From NCBI GenBank assembly GCA_964188305.1, contig OZ076889.1: 64,000 nucleotides of DNA; one strand, 5' to 3'. The notes beneath the pieces were generated by a model. The model was not told the origin of the DNA and did not search any database. It saw nothing but the letters and a program-made list of their open reading frames with translations. Made by a program: the position numbers and the translations under genes. The stretch is from Podarcis bocagei (Eukaryota). Positions 23,358 through 32,614 of this stretch are shown one piece after another; the stretch's first letter is position 1, and each line of letters starts with the position of its first letter.

Positions 23358-26300
23358 AAATTTTACAGCCAGTGAACCCCCTCCCGCCCAAACCAGTAGT
23401 GAGGCTCACAGCATCTCTCCAGCTGCCCAATGGAATCACCATGGACGTACCAATCACCATCGACTCCGGCAGCAACGCGGACTTTATAGGGCAGGAATTT
23501 GTCGACAGGCACGCTGTGCAGTTGCTGCCGGCCACACTGCCCCTGCAGGTTGTCACGGTGGATGGCAGGGAGCTGCTAGGGGGGCAAGTGGTGAAGCAGA
23601 CGCCACCAATGGTGATGCGACTTGGGAATCACAGGGAAGTCATCAGCTTCAACGTCACTCAACTGTCTGACACGCCCATTGTATTGGGTATGAGTTGGCT
23701 GGACAAGCACAGCCCAACGATGGCTTGGTTCCAGAGGCAGCTGGTCTTCGGCTCTTCCTTTTGTGCTGAACACTGCATCGTACCCAGGCAGGAAGGAGAG
23801 GAAGAGGAGTCACAGCTGCTGCTAGGCACGCTGCAAGCGATTCCCCACAAGTACGCAGAATTTCTGGAAGTTTTCTGCGAGAAGGAGGCGGACAGGCTAC
23901 CCCCTCACAGACCATATGACTGCAAAATTGACCTGCTGCCGGGGGCGGCGCTGCCTAAAGGGAAGCTGTATTCCATGTCTGAGGACGAACTGCAGGAACT
24001 CAAAGACTTCATCGATCATAATTTGGAGCGCGGTTTCATCTGGGAGTCTAAGGCAGTGGGAGGCAGTCCTGTATTCTTTGTTAAGAAGCGAGACACGCCC
24101 CAAAAAAGACTCGTAGTGGATTACAGGATTTTGAACAGTGTGACCAAGCCGTCGGACTTCCCCATGCCCCGCATCGACGACCTCCTGGCGAAGGTACGGA
24201 AGGGAAAGGTGTTCACCAAGTTGGACCTGCGGGGGGCGTACAACCTCATTCGCATGCGGGAAGGTGATGAGTGGAAGACAGCCATGTTCACGCCACTGGG
24301 TACCTACGAATACAGAGTTATGCCTTTTGGACTGCAAAATGGCGCTCACGTTTTTCAAGCATTTATGCATCACGTGTTGGCGGGACTTCTCTACAAGACG
24401 TGCGTCTGTTTCTTGGATGACATCCTGATCTTTTCGGAGTCGCAGCAAGAACATGACAAGCACGTCAAGGAAGTGCTGGGCAGGCTAAAGCAACACAGGC
24501 TCTACGCCAAGCTGGAGAAGTGCCAATTTGACGTGCCGGAGGTGGATTTTCTGGGCTACAAGCTGTCTGCCAAGGGGCTCGCCATGGACAGCGCCAAGGT
24601 TCGAGCGGTGTTGGATTGGAAGAGCCCACGCAACCGGAAGGAGGTCCAACGGTTTGTCGGCTTTGCGAACTTCTATCGCAAGTTTATCAAGGGCTTCGCG
24701 ATGCAGACGGCGGCCATCACTGACACCCTTAGCTCCAAGAAGAAGAAGTTCATCTGGACAGAGCAGGCGGAGCAGTCCTTTCAGGCCCTCAAGCGTCTCT
24801 TCGCGTCGGAAGAGCAGCTGCTTCATGTCAACCCCAGCATGCCGATGAGGGTGGAGACAGACGCTTCGGACAGAGCAGTGGGGGCGGTCCTGCTGCAGAA
24901 GGACCCGCAGGGCGTGTGGCGGCCGGGAGCGTTTTACTCCAGGAAGCTCAGCAAGTCCGAGCAGAACTACACCATATGGGACAGGGAGTTGCTGGCCATT
25001 CATGCAGCGTTCAAGGCGTGGAGGCACTTTCTGATCGGCGCCAAGCACACGGTGCAGGTTTGCACGGACCACAAGAATCTGGAACACTGGCGCACGGCAC
25101 AGTTCCTGAACCAGAGGCAGATACGTTGGGCTGAGTTCTTTGCGGACTTCGACTTCCGAATAGAGTATGTCCCGGGGGACACCAACATCATGGCAGACGC
25201 TCTCTCCCGCAAGCCACAGTATCTGGAGGACGCAACACCAGCGGCCGCCATGCACATCTTTGCACCGACAGTGTGGGCGTGCGCCGCGGCGACCGTGGAC
25301 CTAGAGGCGGTGCGGCGAGCGTTGCAGGGGGACTCCTTCGCACAAACGAAGATGGCAGAGGTGCGAGGGGGCAAGGCAGCGGCCGACGGTTTCCAGCTAC
25401 GAGATGGCTTGCTCATCCGTAAAGGGGCCATCTACGTGCCGGGTGACGAACTTCGAGCCAAGGTGCTACAGCAGCTGCACGACGCACCCACGGCCGGGCA
25501 CTTTGGCAAGGAGAAGACGGTGGAATTAGTAGCCAGGGATTTCTGGTGGCCTGGAATGAGAGGGGAGGTCGCAGACTACGTAGCGAGGTGTGACACCTGC
25601 CAGAGGGCAAAGCCGGTGCACAAACCGCCGGCTGGACTGTTGGAGCCGCTGCAAACTCCGGTCGAACCTTGGGAAAGGGTGGCCCTGGACTTTGTCACGG
25701 ATCTGCCCAGCTCAAGGGGCAAGACGGCAGTGTTGGTGGTGGTGGACCTGTTCTCCAAGATGGCGCATTTCATTCCGTGTGCTAAGGTGGCCACGGCGGA
25801 GCAAACCGCCAAACTGTTCATAGACCACGTGTTCAAGGTTCACGGTCTGCCACGGTCTATTCTGTCCGACCGCGGGCGGCAGTTCATCTCGAACTTCTGG
25901 CAGAAACTGATGGGCTTCCTAAACGTCAAGATCAATCTGGCGTCGGCGAGACACCCGCAGACCAACGGGCAAGCGGAGCGAGCCAATGCCATCATGCAGC
26001 AGTACCTGAGATGTTATGCAAACCAACAGCCTGCGACGTGGGTAGATTACCTGCCGCTTGCAGAGTTTGCCTACAACAACACGAAGCACGTATCCACGGG
26101 CGTCACGCCGTTCTTCGCCAACAACGGGCGGCACCCTAGAACCTTTCCGGGACTGGAATGCAGGGGAGAAGGGGAGCCGCAGTCAGCAGATGCGTTCGCG
26201 TCGGAGCTGCAGGAAGTCCACGATCAGCTGAGGCGCCACCTGGAGCTGGCTAAACACGCATACAAGGTACAAGCGGACAAACACAGAAGGGTTGGCGAAG

Positions 26301-26908
26301 AGCTCCACGTGGGAGACTGGGTCTGGTTAGCAGCCCACGCAGTGCCGGCCAGGTCGTTGGCCAAGAAGAAACTAGGGCATAAACAACTGGGGCCCTACCA
26401 AGTCGAAGAGCAGGTCAACCCGGTGGCTTTCAGGCTGGCGCTTCCGGAGGGTTCCAGAATGCATCCGGTGTTCCACAGATCGGTGCTCACTCCCTACAAG
26501 GCACCGCACAGGTTCCAGGAACCCGGAACGGCGCCGAGTCCACTCAGAGAAGGAACGGGGCACGCGGGAGTAGCACAGGAGGAGCGCATCAACGAAGTCA
26601 CGGAGATTTTGGACTCCAGATGGGGGGAAGAGGGAGTAGAATACTTTCTCGCCAGGGAGGGCACCCCGGCCAGTGCGAACAGCTGGGTGCCGGGCTACGC
26701 TTTAGACGAACCTCTGCTCAAAGACGAGTTTCATGCCCTCTTCCCACATAGACCTATGCCAGCAGACTTTTTCGACGACTGGCTTTTCACGCCCACGCTT
26801 TCGGACAGCACGTTCAGGGGGTTCGACTCGGACGAGGAACCAACACGAGACGTCCGTTCCCCGGAGGGGTCACCCTCGGGATCTGTCTCAGAACCCTCGT
26901 ATTGGTGA
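23291..26908 (+). CDS. pol: Pol (protease, RT, RNase H, integrase, chromodomain-like), expressed as ~1543-aa Gag-Pol by -1 frameshift
   Basis: IDSGS protease; KLDLRGAY, MPFGL and FLDD in RT; TDAS, ELLAI, TDHKNL and ADALSR in RNase H; HHCC, D-D-E and GPY in integrase; EVTEILDSR...SWVP chromodomain-like region. Confidence 0.95.
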   Translation, partial: RRCLAGGRGTGAQPDVLVTQSPEILQPVNPLPPKPVVRLTASLQLPNGITMDVPITIDSGSNADFIGQEFVDRHAVQLLPATLPLQVVTVDGRELLGGQVVKQTPPMVMRLGNHREVISFNVTQLSDTPIVLGMSWLDKHSPTMAWFQRQLVFGSSFCAEHCIVPRQEGEEEESQLLLGTLQAIPHKYAEFLEVFCEKEADRLPPHRPYDCKIDLLPGAALPKGKLYSMSEDELQELKDFIDHNLERGFIWESKAVGGSPVFFVKKRDTPQKRLVVDYRILNSVTKPSDFPMPRIDDLLAKVRKGKVFTKLDLRGAYNLIRMREGDEWKTAMFTPLGTYEYRVMPFGLQNGAHVFQAFMHHVLAGLLYKTCVCFLDDILIFSESQQEHDKHVKEVLGRLKQHRLYAKLEKCQFDVPEVDFLGYKLSAKGLAMDSAKVRAVLDWKSPRNRKEVQRFVGFANFYRKFIKGFAMQTAAITDTLSSKKKKFIWTEQAEQSFQALKRLFASEEQLLHVNPSMPMRVETDASDRAVGAVLLQKDPQGVWRPGAFYSRKLSKSEQNYTIWDRELLAIHAAFKAWRHFLIGAKHTVQVCTDHKNLEHWRTAQFLNQRQIRWAEFFADFDFRIEYVPGDTNIMADALSRKPQYLEDATPAAAMHIFAPTVWACAAATVDLEAVRRALQGDSFAQTKMAEVRGGKAAADGFQLRDGLLIRKGAIYVPGDELRAKVLQQLHDAPTAGHFGKEKTVELVARDFWWPGMRGEVADYVARCDTCQRAKPVHKPPAGLLEPLQTPVEPWERVALDFVTDLPSSRGKTAVLVVVDLFSKMAHFIPCAKVATAEQTAKLFIDHVFKVHGLPRSILSDRGRQFISNFWQKLMGFLNVKINLASARHPQTNGQAERANAIMQQYLRCYANQQPATWVDYLPLAEFAYNNTKHVSTGVTPFFANNGRHPRTFPGLECRGEGEPQSADAFASELQEVHDQLRRHLELAKHAYKVQADKHRRVGEELHVGDWVWLAAHAVPARSLAKKKLGHKQLGPYQVEEQVNPVAFRLALPEGSRMHPVFHRSVLTPYKAPHRFQEPGTAPSPLREGTGHAGVAQEERINEVTEILDSRWGEEGVEYFLAREGTPASANSWVPGYALDEPLLKDEFHALFPHRPMPADFFDDWLFTPTLSDSTFRGFDSDEEPTRDVRSPEGSPSGSVSEPSYW

Positions 26909-27853
26909 GACGATAGGCCGGAGGAGCAGTTCCGCAGGAAGTGGCTGGACTGTTCCGGCCGAGCAACGCCGCCTGGAGGAAGTGCGGGAGAGACGGACAT
27001 GGACATTTTCGGGGACGACCCTGGTTTCGAGCACGGCGGCACAGAGATGGAAGAGGAGGTGACTGTCGTCAACGAGAGCAGAGAGGAAGACCTGGAAGAG
27101 TTCCGCTGGAGGCCTGCCACGGGAAGCGACCGATATCCGACGTTCGTCCCTTTGCAACAGCAGCCCCCAGCTCCAGCACCGGAAGGAGGGGAGGGGGGAC
27201 TGGGGGGCTTCGAGGGGGGGATGGATGTCAGGGGTTTAGGTGCAGAGGCACGGGCAAGGGAGGAAACAGAGAGCGAAGGGGAGGAGACAGAGGAAAGGAT
27301 GAGTGATGACGACGACCCGAGATCTCCCAGTCTTTCCAGTGAATCAGAGGATTCACAGAAAGGAGCACCAGTGGCCAGGGCAAGAGGGGAGTCTAGGGAG
27401 GCACCCCAGGAAGATAGAGCCAGAGGAGACTCAGGGGGAAGCAGCTGGGAATCGGGACCAGCGTCACCGCCAGGAAGCAGGGAAGAGGAAAGGACCCAGG
27501 GGGGAAGCGCTGGCAGCTCACCACAGGAGGGAGGGCAGGAGTCAGGAGTGGCCACACCTCCATCGGGGAGCGAAGAAACGGTTAAGAGGAAAGTGGAAGG
27601 TTGGGCGCGCGCGCCAAGTTCAAATGCAGAGGAAGGCGGCGCAGTGAGCAGCCCCGAAAGGGAACCAGGTCCTAAAGCCCGGCGCAAGGAGGCAGAAGGG
27701 TCCGGGTCAGCGTCAGAAGAATCCCGGAAGGAAGAAGCCCCAGGGGGTAGAGGGACCCAGAGGAGGACAGTCAGGAGGAAAAGGTGGAGCAAGGCTAGGA
27801 TATTAAGTTGGTGCGCACGGGGCGGAGACTCAGACGGAGCCTCGCCGATCTAG
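26909..27853 (+). CDS. In-frame continuation of pol / ORF3 spanning PPT and U3 (314 codons; first ATG at 26999 gives 284 aa), acidic low-complexity protein with a basic cluster
   Basis: Same frame as pol, separated by one TGA (26906-26908); ends at TAG 27851-27853, 51 nt before AATAAA. Confidence 0.45.
   Translation, partial: DDRPEEQFRRKWLDCSGRATPPGGSAGETDMDIFGDDPGFEHGGTEMEEEVTVVNESREEDLEEFRWRPATGSDRYPTFVPLQQQPPAPAPEGGEGGLGGFEGGMDVRGLGAEARAREETESEGEETEERMSDDDDPRSPSLSSESEDSQKGAPVARARGESREAPQEDRARGDSGGSSWESGPASPPGSREEERTQGGSAGSSPQEGGQESGVATPPSGSEETVKRKVEGWARAPSSNAEEGGAVSSPEREPGPKARRKEAEGSGSASEESRKEEAPGGRGTQRRTVRRKRWSKARILSWCARGGDSDGASPI
27212..27225 (+). promoter_or_regulatory. Polypurine tract
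   Basis: gagggggggatgga directly before the 3' LTR TG. Confidence 0.85.
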
Positions 27854-27978
27854 CTAGTAGACGTAGAGTTGCAGACAGCAGCGTGAGAATGGAAACTGTA
27901 ATTCAATAAAGACTTTTACTTGATGACCGCTGGCTAGCGTGATCCTCTGTGAGCTAGGATCTTGAAGCAGCTCTGACA
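27226..27978 (+). repeat. 3' LTR (753 bp)
   Basis: Copy of 21434-22186; AATAAA at 27905-27910. Confidence 0.96.
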
Positions 27979-28478
27979 GATACGTTTGATCTTCTTGCAG
28001 TCCATGGGACTCTCAAGAGTCTCCTCCAGCACCAGAATTCAAAAGCATCAATTCTTCGGCGATCAGCCTTCTTTTTGGTCCAGCTCTCACTTCCATACAT
28101 CACTACTCAGAAAACCATAGCTTTAACTATACGGACCCTTGTCAGCAAGGTGATGTCTCTGCTTTTTAAGATGCTGTCTAGGTTTGTCATCGCTTTTCTC
28201 CCCAAGGAGCAGGTGTCTCTTGATTTCGTGACTGCTGTCACCATCTGCAGTAATCTTGGAGCCCAGGAAAGTAAAATCTCTTACTGCCTCCATTTCTTCC
28301 CCTTCTATTTGCCAGGAGGTGATGGGCCCAGTGCCCATGATCTTAGTTTTTTTGATGTTGAGCTTCAGACCATATTTTGCTGTCTCTCTTTTCAACCTTA
28401 TTAAGAGGTTCTTTAATTCCTCCTCAGTTTCTGCTATCAAAGTTGTGTCATCTGCATATCAGAGGTTGTTGATATTTC

Positions 28479-28883
28479 TGTTGGGATACTGCTGGGGAGA
28501 TGGGGGCATCAGGCAGGCCCCCAGCTGGCTCCAGCCTTGCTAGCAGCCGGGCGATCTCCAGTACAGCATCAATCAGTGACACGAGCCTCAGATAGGTTTA
28601 GAGACTCGGCATGCTCTTATCAGCAGAGTGAATAAATCTTCTCACAGTGGAAGAGGCAGACAAAGTCATGTGTAAGCATTATTTACAAGCGTTTATTCAG
28701 CATAGTTCAGCAACAAAGGAAAAACATGTCTGCTTCCCTTCGTGTCCAAGCACAACAGCATCAACACAAAAGCAATATACAAACGGAAGTTCCCAGCAAG
28801 CCTGTGCTGGAAGTAAACAGGCATGTGACACACAACAGTCATGCCTGTTCCCTTTTAAGGTAGAACGGAACTATATCCTAACA
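28479..28883 (-). mobile_element. Solo LTR of a second, unrelated family (405 bp) inserted in Bov-B
   Basis: TGTTGGGATA...TATCCTAACA (9/10 inverted repeat); flanks atttc/gtttc (4/5 TSD match); removing it rejoins Bov-B IAGRN|INNL. Orientation is tentative, from a minus-strand AATAAA at 28692-28697. Confidence 0.75.
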
Positions 28884-29837
28884 GTTTCTTCCGGCAATCT
28901 TAATTCCGGTTTGGGATTCATCCAATCCAGTCTTTCGCATGATGAATTCTGCATATAAGTTAAATAAGCAGGGAGACAAAATACAGCCTTGTCGTACTCC
29001 TTTCCCAATTTTGAACCAATCAGTTGTTCCATATCCAGTTCTAACTGTAGCTTCTTGTCCCACATAGAGATTTCTCAGGAGACAGATGAGGTGATCAAGC
29101 ACTCCCATTTCTTTAAGAACTTGCCATAGTTTGCTGTGGTCGACACAGTCAAAGGCTTTTGCATAGTCAATGAAGCAGAAGTAGATGTCTTTCTGGAACT
29201 CTCTAGCTTTCTCTGAAATCCAGTGCATGTTTGCAATTTGGTCTCTGGTTCCTCTGCCCCTTCGAAATCCAGCTTGCACTTCTGGGAGTTCTCGGTCCAC
29301 ATACTGCTTAGGCCTGCCTTGTAGAATTTTAAGCATAACCTTGCTAGCGTGTGAAATGAGTGCAATTGTGCGGTAGTTGGAGCATTCTTTGGCACTGCCC
29401 TTCTTTGGGATTGGAATGTAGACTGATCTTCTCCAATCCTCTGGCCACTGCTGAGTTTTCCAAACTTGCTGGCATATTGAGTGTAGCACCTTAACAGCAC
29501 CATCTTTTAAAATTTTAAATAGTTCAGCTGGGATGTCATCACTTCCACTGGCCTTGTTATTAGCAGTGCTTTGTAAGGCCCATTTGACTTCACTCAAGGT
29601 CTGGCTCAAGGTCAGCAACCACACTACCTGGGGTGTATGAGACATCCATATCTTTCTGGTATAATTCCTCTGTGTATTCTTGCCACCTCTTCTTGATGTC
29701 TTCTGCTTCTGTTAGGTCCTTACCACTTTTGTTCTTTATTATGGTAATCTTTGCACAAAATGTTCCTTTCATAGCTCTAATTTTCTTGAACAGATCTCTG
29801 GTTTTTCCCATTTTATTGTTTTCCTCTATTTCTTTGC

Positions 29838-30120
29838 ATTGATCAGTATAAATTGCTTTAATTCCTGCTGAGAAATTATTACCTATCTCCATCGTCTCTA
29901 ACACTTTGATCATAAATGACCAAGAGATATTATCAAAAGCTTTCTCAGCATCCTAGAAAAGTAAAGCTGCTTGTTTTTCATTTTTTACTTCCGGGTACTC
30001 AATTAAATTAATTACATTTCTTATGTTGTCTTTCCTTTGTCAACCTGGTAGAAAACCTTCTTGGTCGCTAACTCACTTAAAACTTTTTTCAACCTGTTGG
30101 CTAAAATTGCAGCAAATAAA
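29838..30120 (-). mobile_element. L1-clade LINE fragment, upstream half
   Basis: Minus strand reads AALLFLGAEKAF-like DAEKAFDNISWSFMIKVLETMEIGNNFSAGIKAIYTDQ. Confidence 0.7.
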
Positions 30121-30562
30121 CAATTTTCTTGACTTAACTCTCTTACTTGTTGTATTGCTTTAACATTTCTGTTATAGTGTGTGTATTAGCAATGTTAACG
30201 GCTTTGTGTATCTTTATTTTTATTCTTTTGTAAACTGCTTTTGGAAGCCTACTCCAGCATTAAATAGTATATAAATTAATAACTAATAACCACATTCATC
30301 TTATACTAAACTTTAACTGAGGCCAAAATAGGAGGGTACAAGCAACGTTAAGCATTTTTATATATTCCATTTATCTGAGAATGCATTGTAAAGGGTTGCA
30401 CTCAGTGTTTCTATGATTCTGTGATTCTCTTCAATAGAAATTCATGAGACTTGAAAGTGCTTGACTTTCACTGTGTTGGATCCTAATTTAATAGGGGGTT
30501 AGCCCTGGTGAGGAATGCAGTCCTGTATAGTTATTCTTCTTTTTTCTCTGATTGTTCACTAG

Positions 30563-30623
30563 CCACCCCTCTCCCAGAAGAGTTTGAGCTGCAGGGATTC
30601 TTAGCTTTGAGACCCTCTTTCAG
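30563..30623 (+). CDS. SMG7: SMG7 exon 12 (TPLPEEFELQGFLALRPSFR)
   Basis: cactag|CC...CAG|gtgagt, 61 bp. Confidence 0.96.
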
Positions 30624-31939
30624 GTGAGTCACTGCTGGAGGTTGCAACTTTTTGTTTGTGACGGGTTACATTGATAATCTTGCTGTTTGGAAGAAAATGT
30701 GAGAAAAGGAGGAGAATCTAGGCAGCGTGATTCCATTTGTCATAGAAAGATACCTCTCTTCCAGCCCAATAGAGACTTTGGTTTGGCAATGCAGTTCCCA
30801 CAATCACTTCAATAGCTGCAGGTGTTTGTGGGGAAGGGGGGGGAGGCTCGGTTAATTTCATTGTACACAGGTTGTACATTGACAATAAAGGCATTATTAT
30901 CATTAGTCTAGGAGTGTCACTATAATAGCTTGAGATATCCAAGTGTGCATGTAAATCCATGCATGACAGCTTTTTATTTTGGAATATATCTTAGGAAAAA
31001 TTCCAAAATCCAGTACTTGTGTATTTTCATGTTTTGATATTTATTGTTAGCATGGAGAAGACATGGAGGACAGGAGCAAGGATGAGACACTGGAACTTTG
31101 ATGCGACAAGAGTCTGAAAGTTAACTGAAAAGTGGGGATTAACAATTGGTGGCCTTTGGGGCAAATCTGGCCCTCTCTGTTGCCAGCTCAGACGTTGGGG
31201 GCTTTCAGACACTTCTTTGCCCTCAGAGTTTTCTAAGGGCAGGTTAGAAGCAAATATTGGGATCATGCACTCTCCCTTGCTCCTGCCATAATAGGAGGAA
31301 GTACCAAGTGAACTTGGGGTGATTTCTATTCTGCAGTGCAGTACCAGGAATAGTCTGTGTTCAAATAAACGCCAGATTTCTCTAGTTAATTGAGGGATAA
31401 GAAATACAAGGACCCAAAGTCCACTCCTGATCTGCCCTTGTGTTACCATCGCCCTCTGGGGGATGGTAACATCTGGCCAGGCCTTTATACTGCAATGCTA
31501 AGCTTACCCACCTGGAAGTAAACAGATTTAGGAATCGGGTGTAAGGGATCTTACCTTTTTAAGGGATGTGAATTGTTTTGTTTGTTTCTCTAGCGCCATC
31601 TGTATACATGATCCTTTACAAAGGACAGATTTCACAGGCCCCTACTCCAACAGACTTGCAATCTTAAAAGAAGAGACAAGGTTTTATATATAGCTGGAGA
31701 TTTTGCCCTCTGCTGTGAAACATAGAAACATATTGTGTTGATATTTATCTGTGAAACACTGTCACAAACTACCTTTAAATAGCATTCTAACCTTCTCAGG
31801 TTGGTATACAGACTGAAAATAAATCTATCAGAAGTCTCATTTAAGCTCCACCAACTTAGTTTGGTCTTGCATACATCTCCTTGTTGCCTGCCTTTCCATT
31901 TCAATCCGACTTCTATTCTTTGTTTATGGCAACAACTAG

Positions 31940-32059
31940 GAACTTGGATTTCTCGAAAGGCCATCAGGGGATTTCAGGAGACAAAGAAGGGCAGCACCGG
32001 CAAATACGGCAACAGCGTCTGATCTTCACAGGCAAATGGATTGCTGACAACCAGCCAAG
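31940..32059 (+). CDS. SMG7: SMG7 exon 13 (NLDFSKGHQGISGDKEGQHRQIRQQRLIFTGKWIADNQPR)
   Basis: aactag|G...AAG|gtatct, 120 bp. Confidence 0.94.
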
Positions 32060-32614
32060 GTATCTGCACAGCTGCTGGCATCACCCATCACTCTTCTGTG
32101 CATCATATTCTTCTCTGCTGCTGCTTGCTGCTATTGACATGAGTTGAACATTATTGGAGCTTAAATGAAGATGTGCGGTCTGACACTATTTTTAACACAG
32201 TTTAAGGAATGTGTGGCAACATGGTAGTTACAAAAAATGTACATAATTTTAAACACATCAATTTTTAAAGGTGTGGGCAGCTTGCTTGGCACTTAATACA
32301 GTGCCAATATTTAGCCAATATTCCACCACCTCTCTCTGGTCAAAGGAGCCTCCTTGTATCAATAGGCCAAAGTGGGTGAGGTGGTCTCCCTGGCTGCTTT
32401 AAAAGCTTCCTTCTTAGGCTAACTTGCTGACTAAGAGTACAGACTGCTTGCTCACCTTTGTGTCACCTCAATTCACAGAAACTGTGTCTGACATCAGAAA
32501 GCTTGTATGCTTGCTTTCTATTTAATTTCTATTTTATTTTGTGCATGAGATGGTTGGTTTGTACCTGAAGATTTAATCACTAATGTGTCAATTCCTTTTG
32601 TCTTTCTGTTAAAG

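Larger units (their letters stand above)
21434..27978 (+). mobile_element. Full-length Ty3/Gypsy LTR retrotransposon, Tf1/sushi-like chromovirus (6545 bp)
   Basis: TGTCAG...CTGACA ends, two 753-bp LTRs, 5-bp TSD GATAC (21429-21433, 27979-27983), open gag and pol in PR-RT-RH-IN order. Confidence 0.97.
21143..29837 (-). mobile_element. Bov-B (RTE clade) LINE, 5'-truncated, split by two LTR insertions into 21143-21433, 27984-28478 and 28889-29837
   Basis: RT peptides FIDYAKAFDCVDH, KGVRQGCILSPCLFNLY, YADD (preceded by an in-frame TGA) and C-terminal HGVTKSRTRLNN; (CAA)-type tail; 12-bp TSD attgatcagtat at 21131-21142 and 29838-29849. Confidence 0.9.

Noticed and set aside
26731-27792. 353-aa antisense ORF over the 3' LTR, and its 282-aa counterpart at 21152..22000
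   Set aside because: It has a non-ATG start and is an S/P/L-rich mirror of the purine-rich sense frame. The 5' copy simply runs into Bov-B coding sequence. No independent evidence.
32060-32614. Donor gtatct resembling a U12-type intron
   Set aside because: It lacks the full GTATCCTT consensus, and there is no CCTTAAC branch site near the acceptor.
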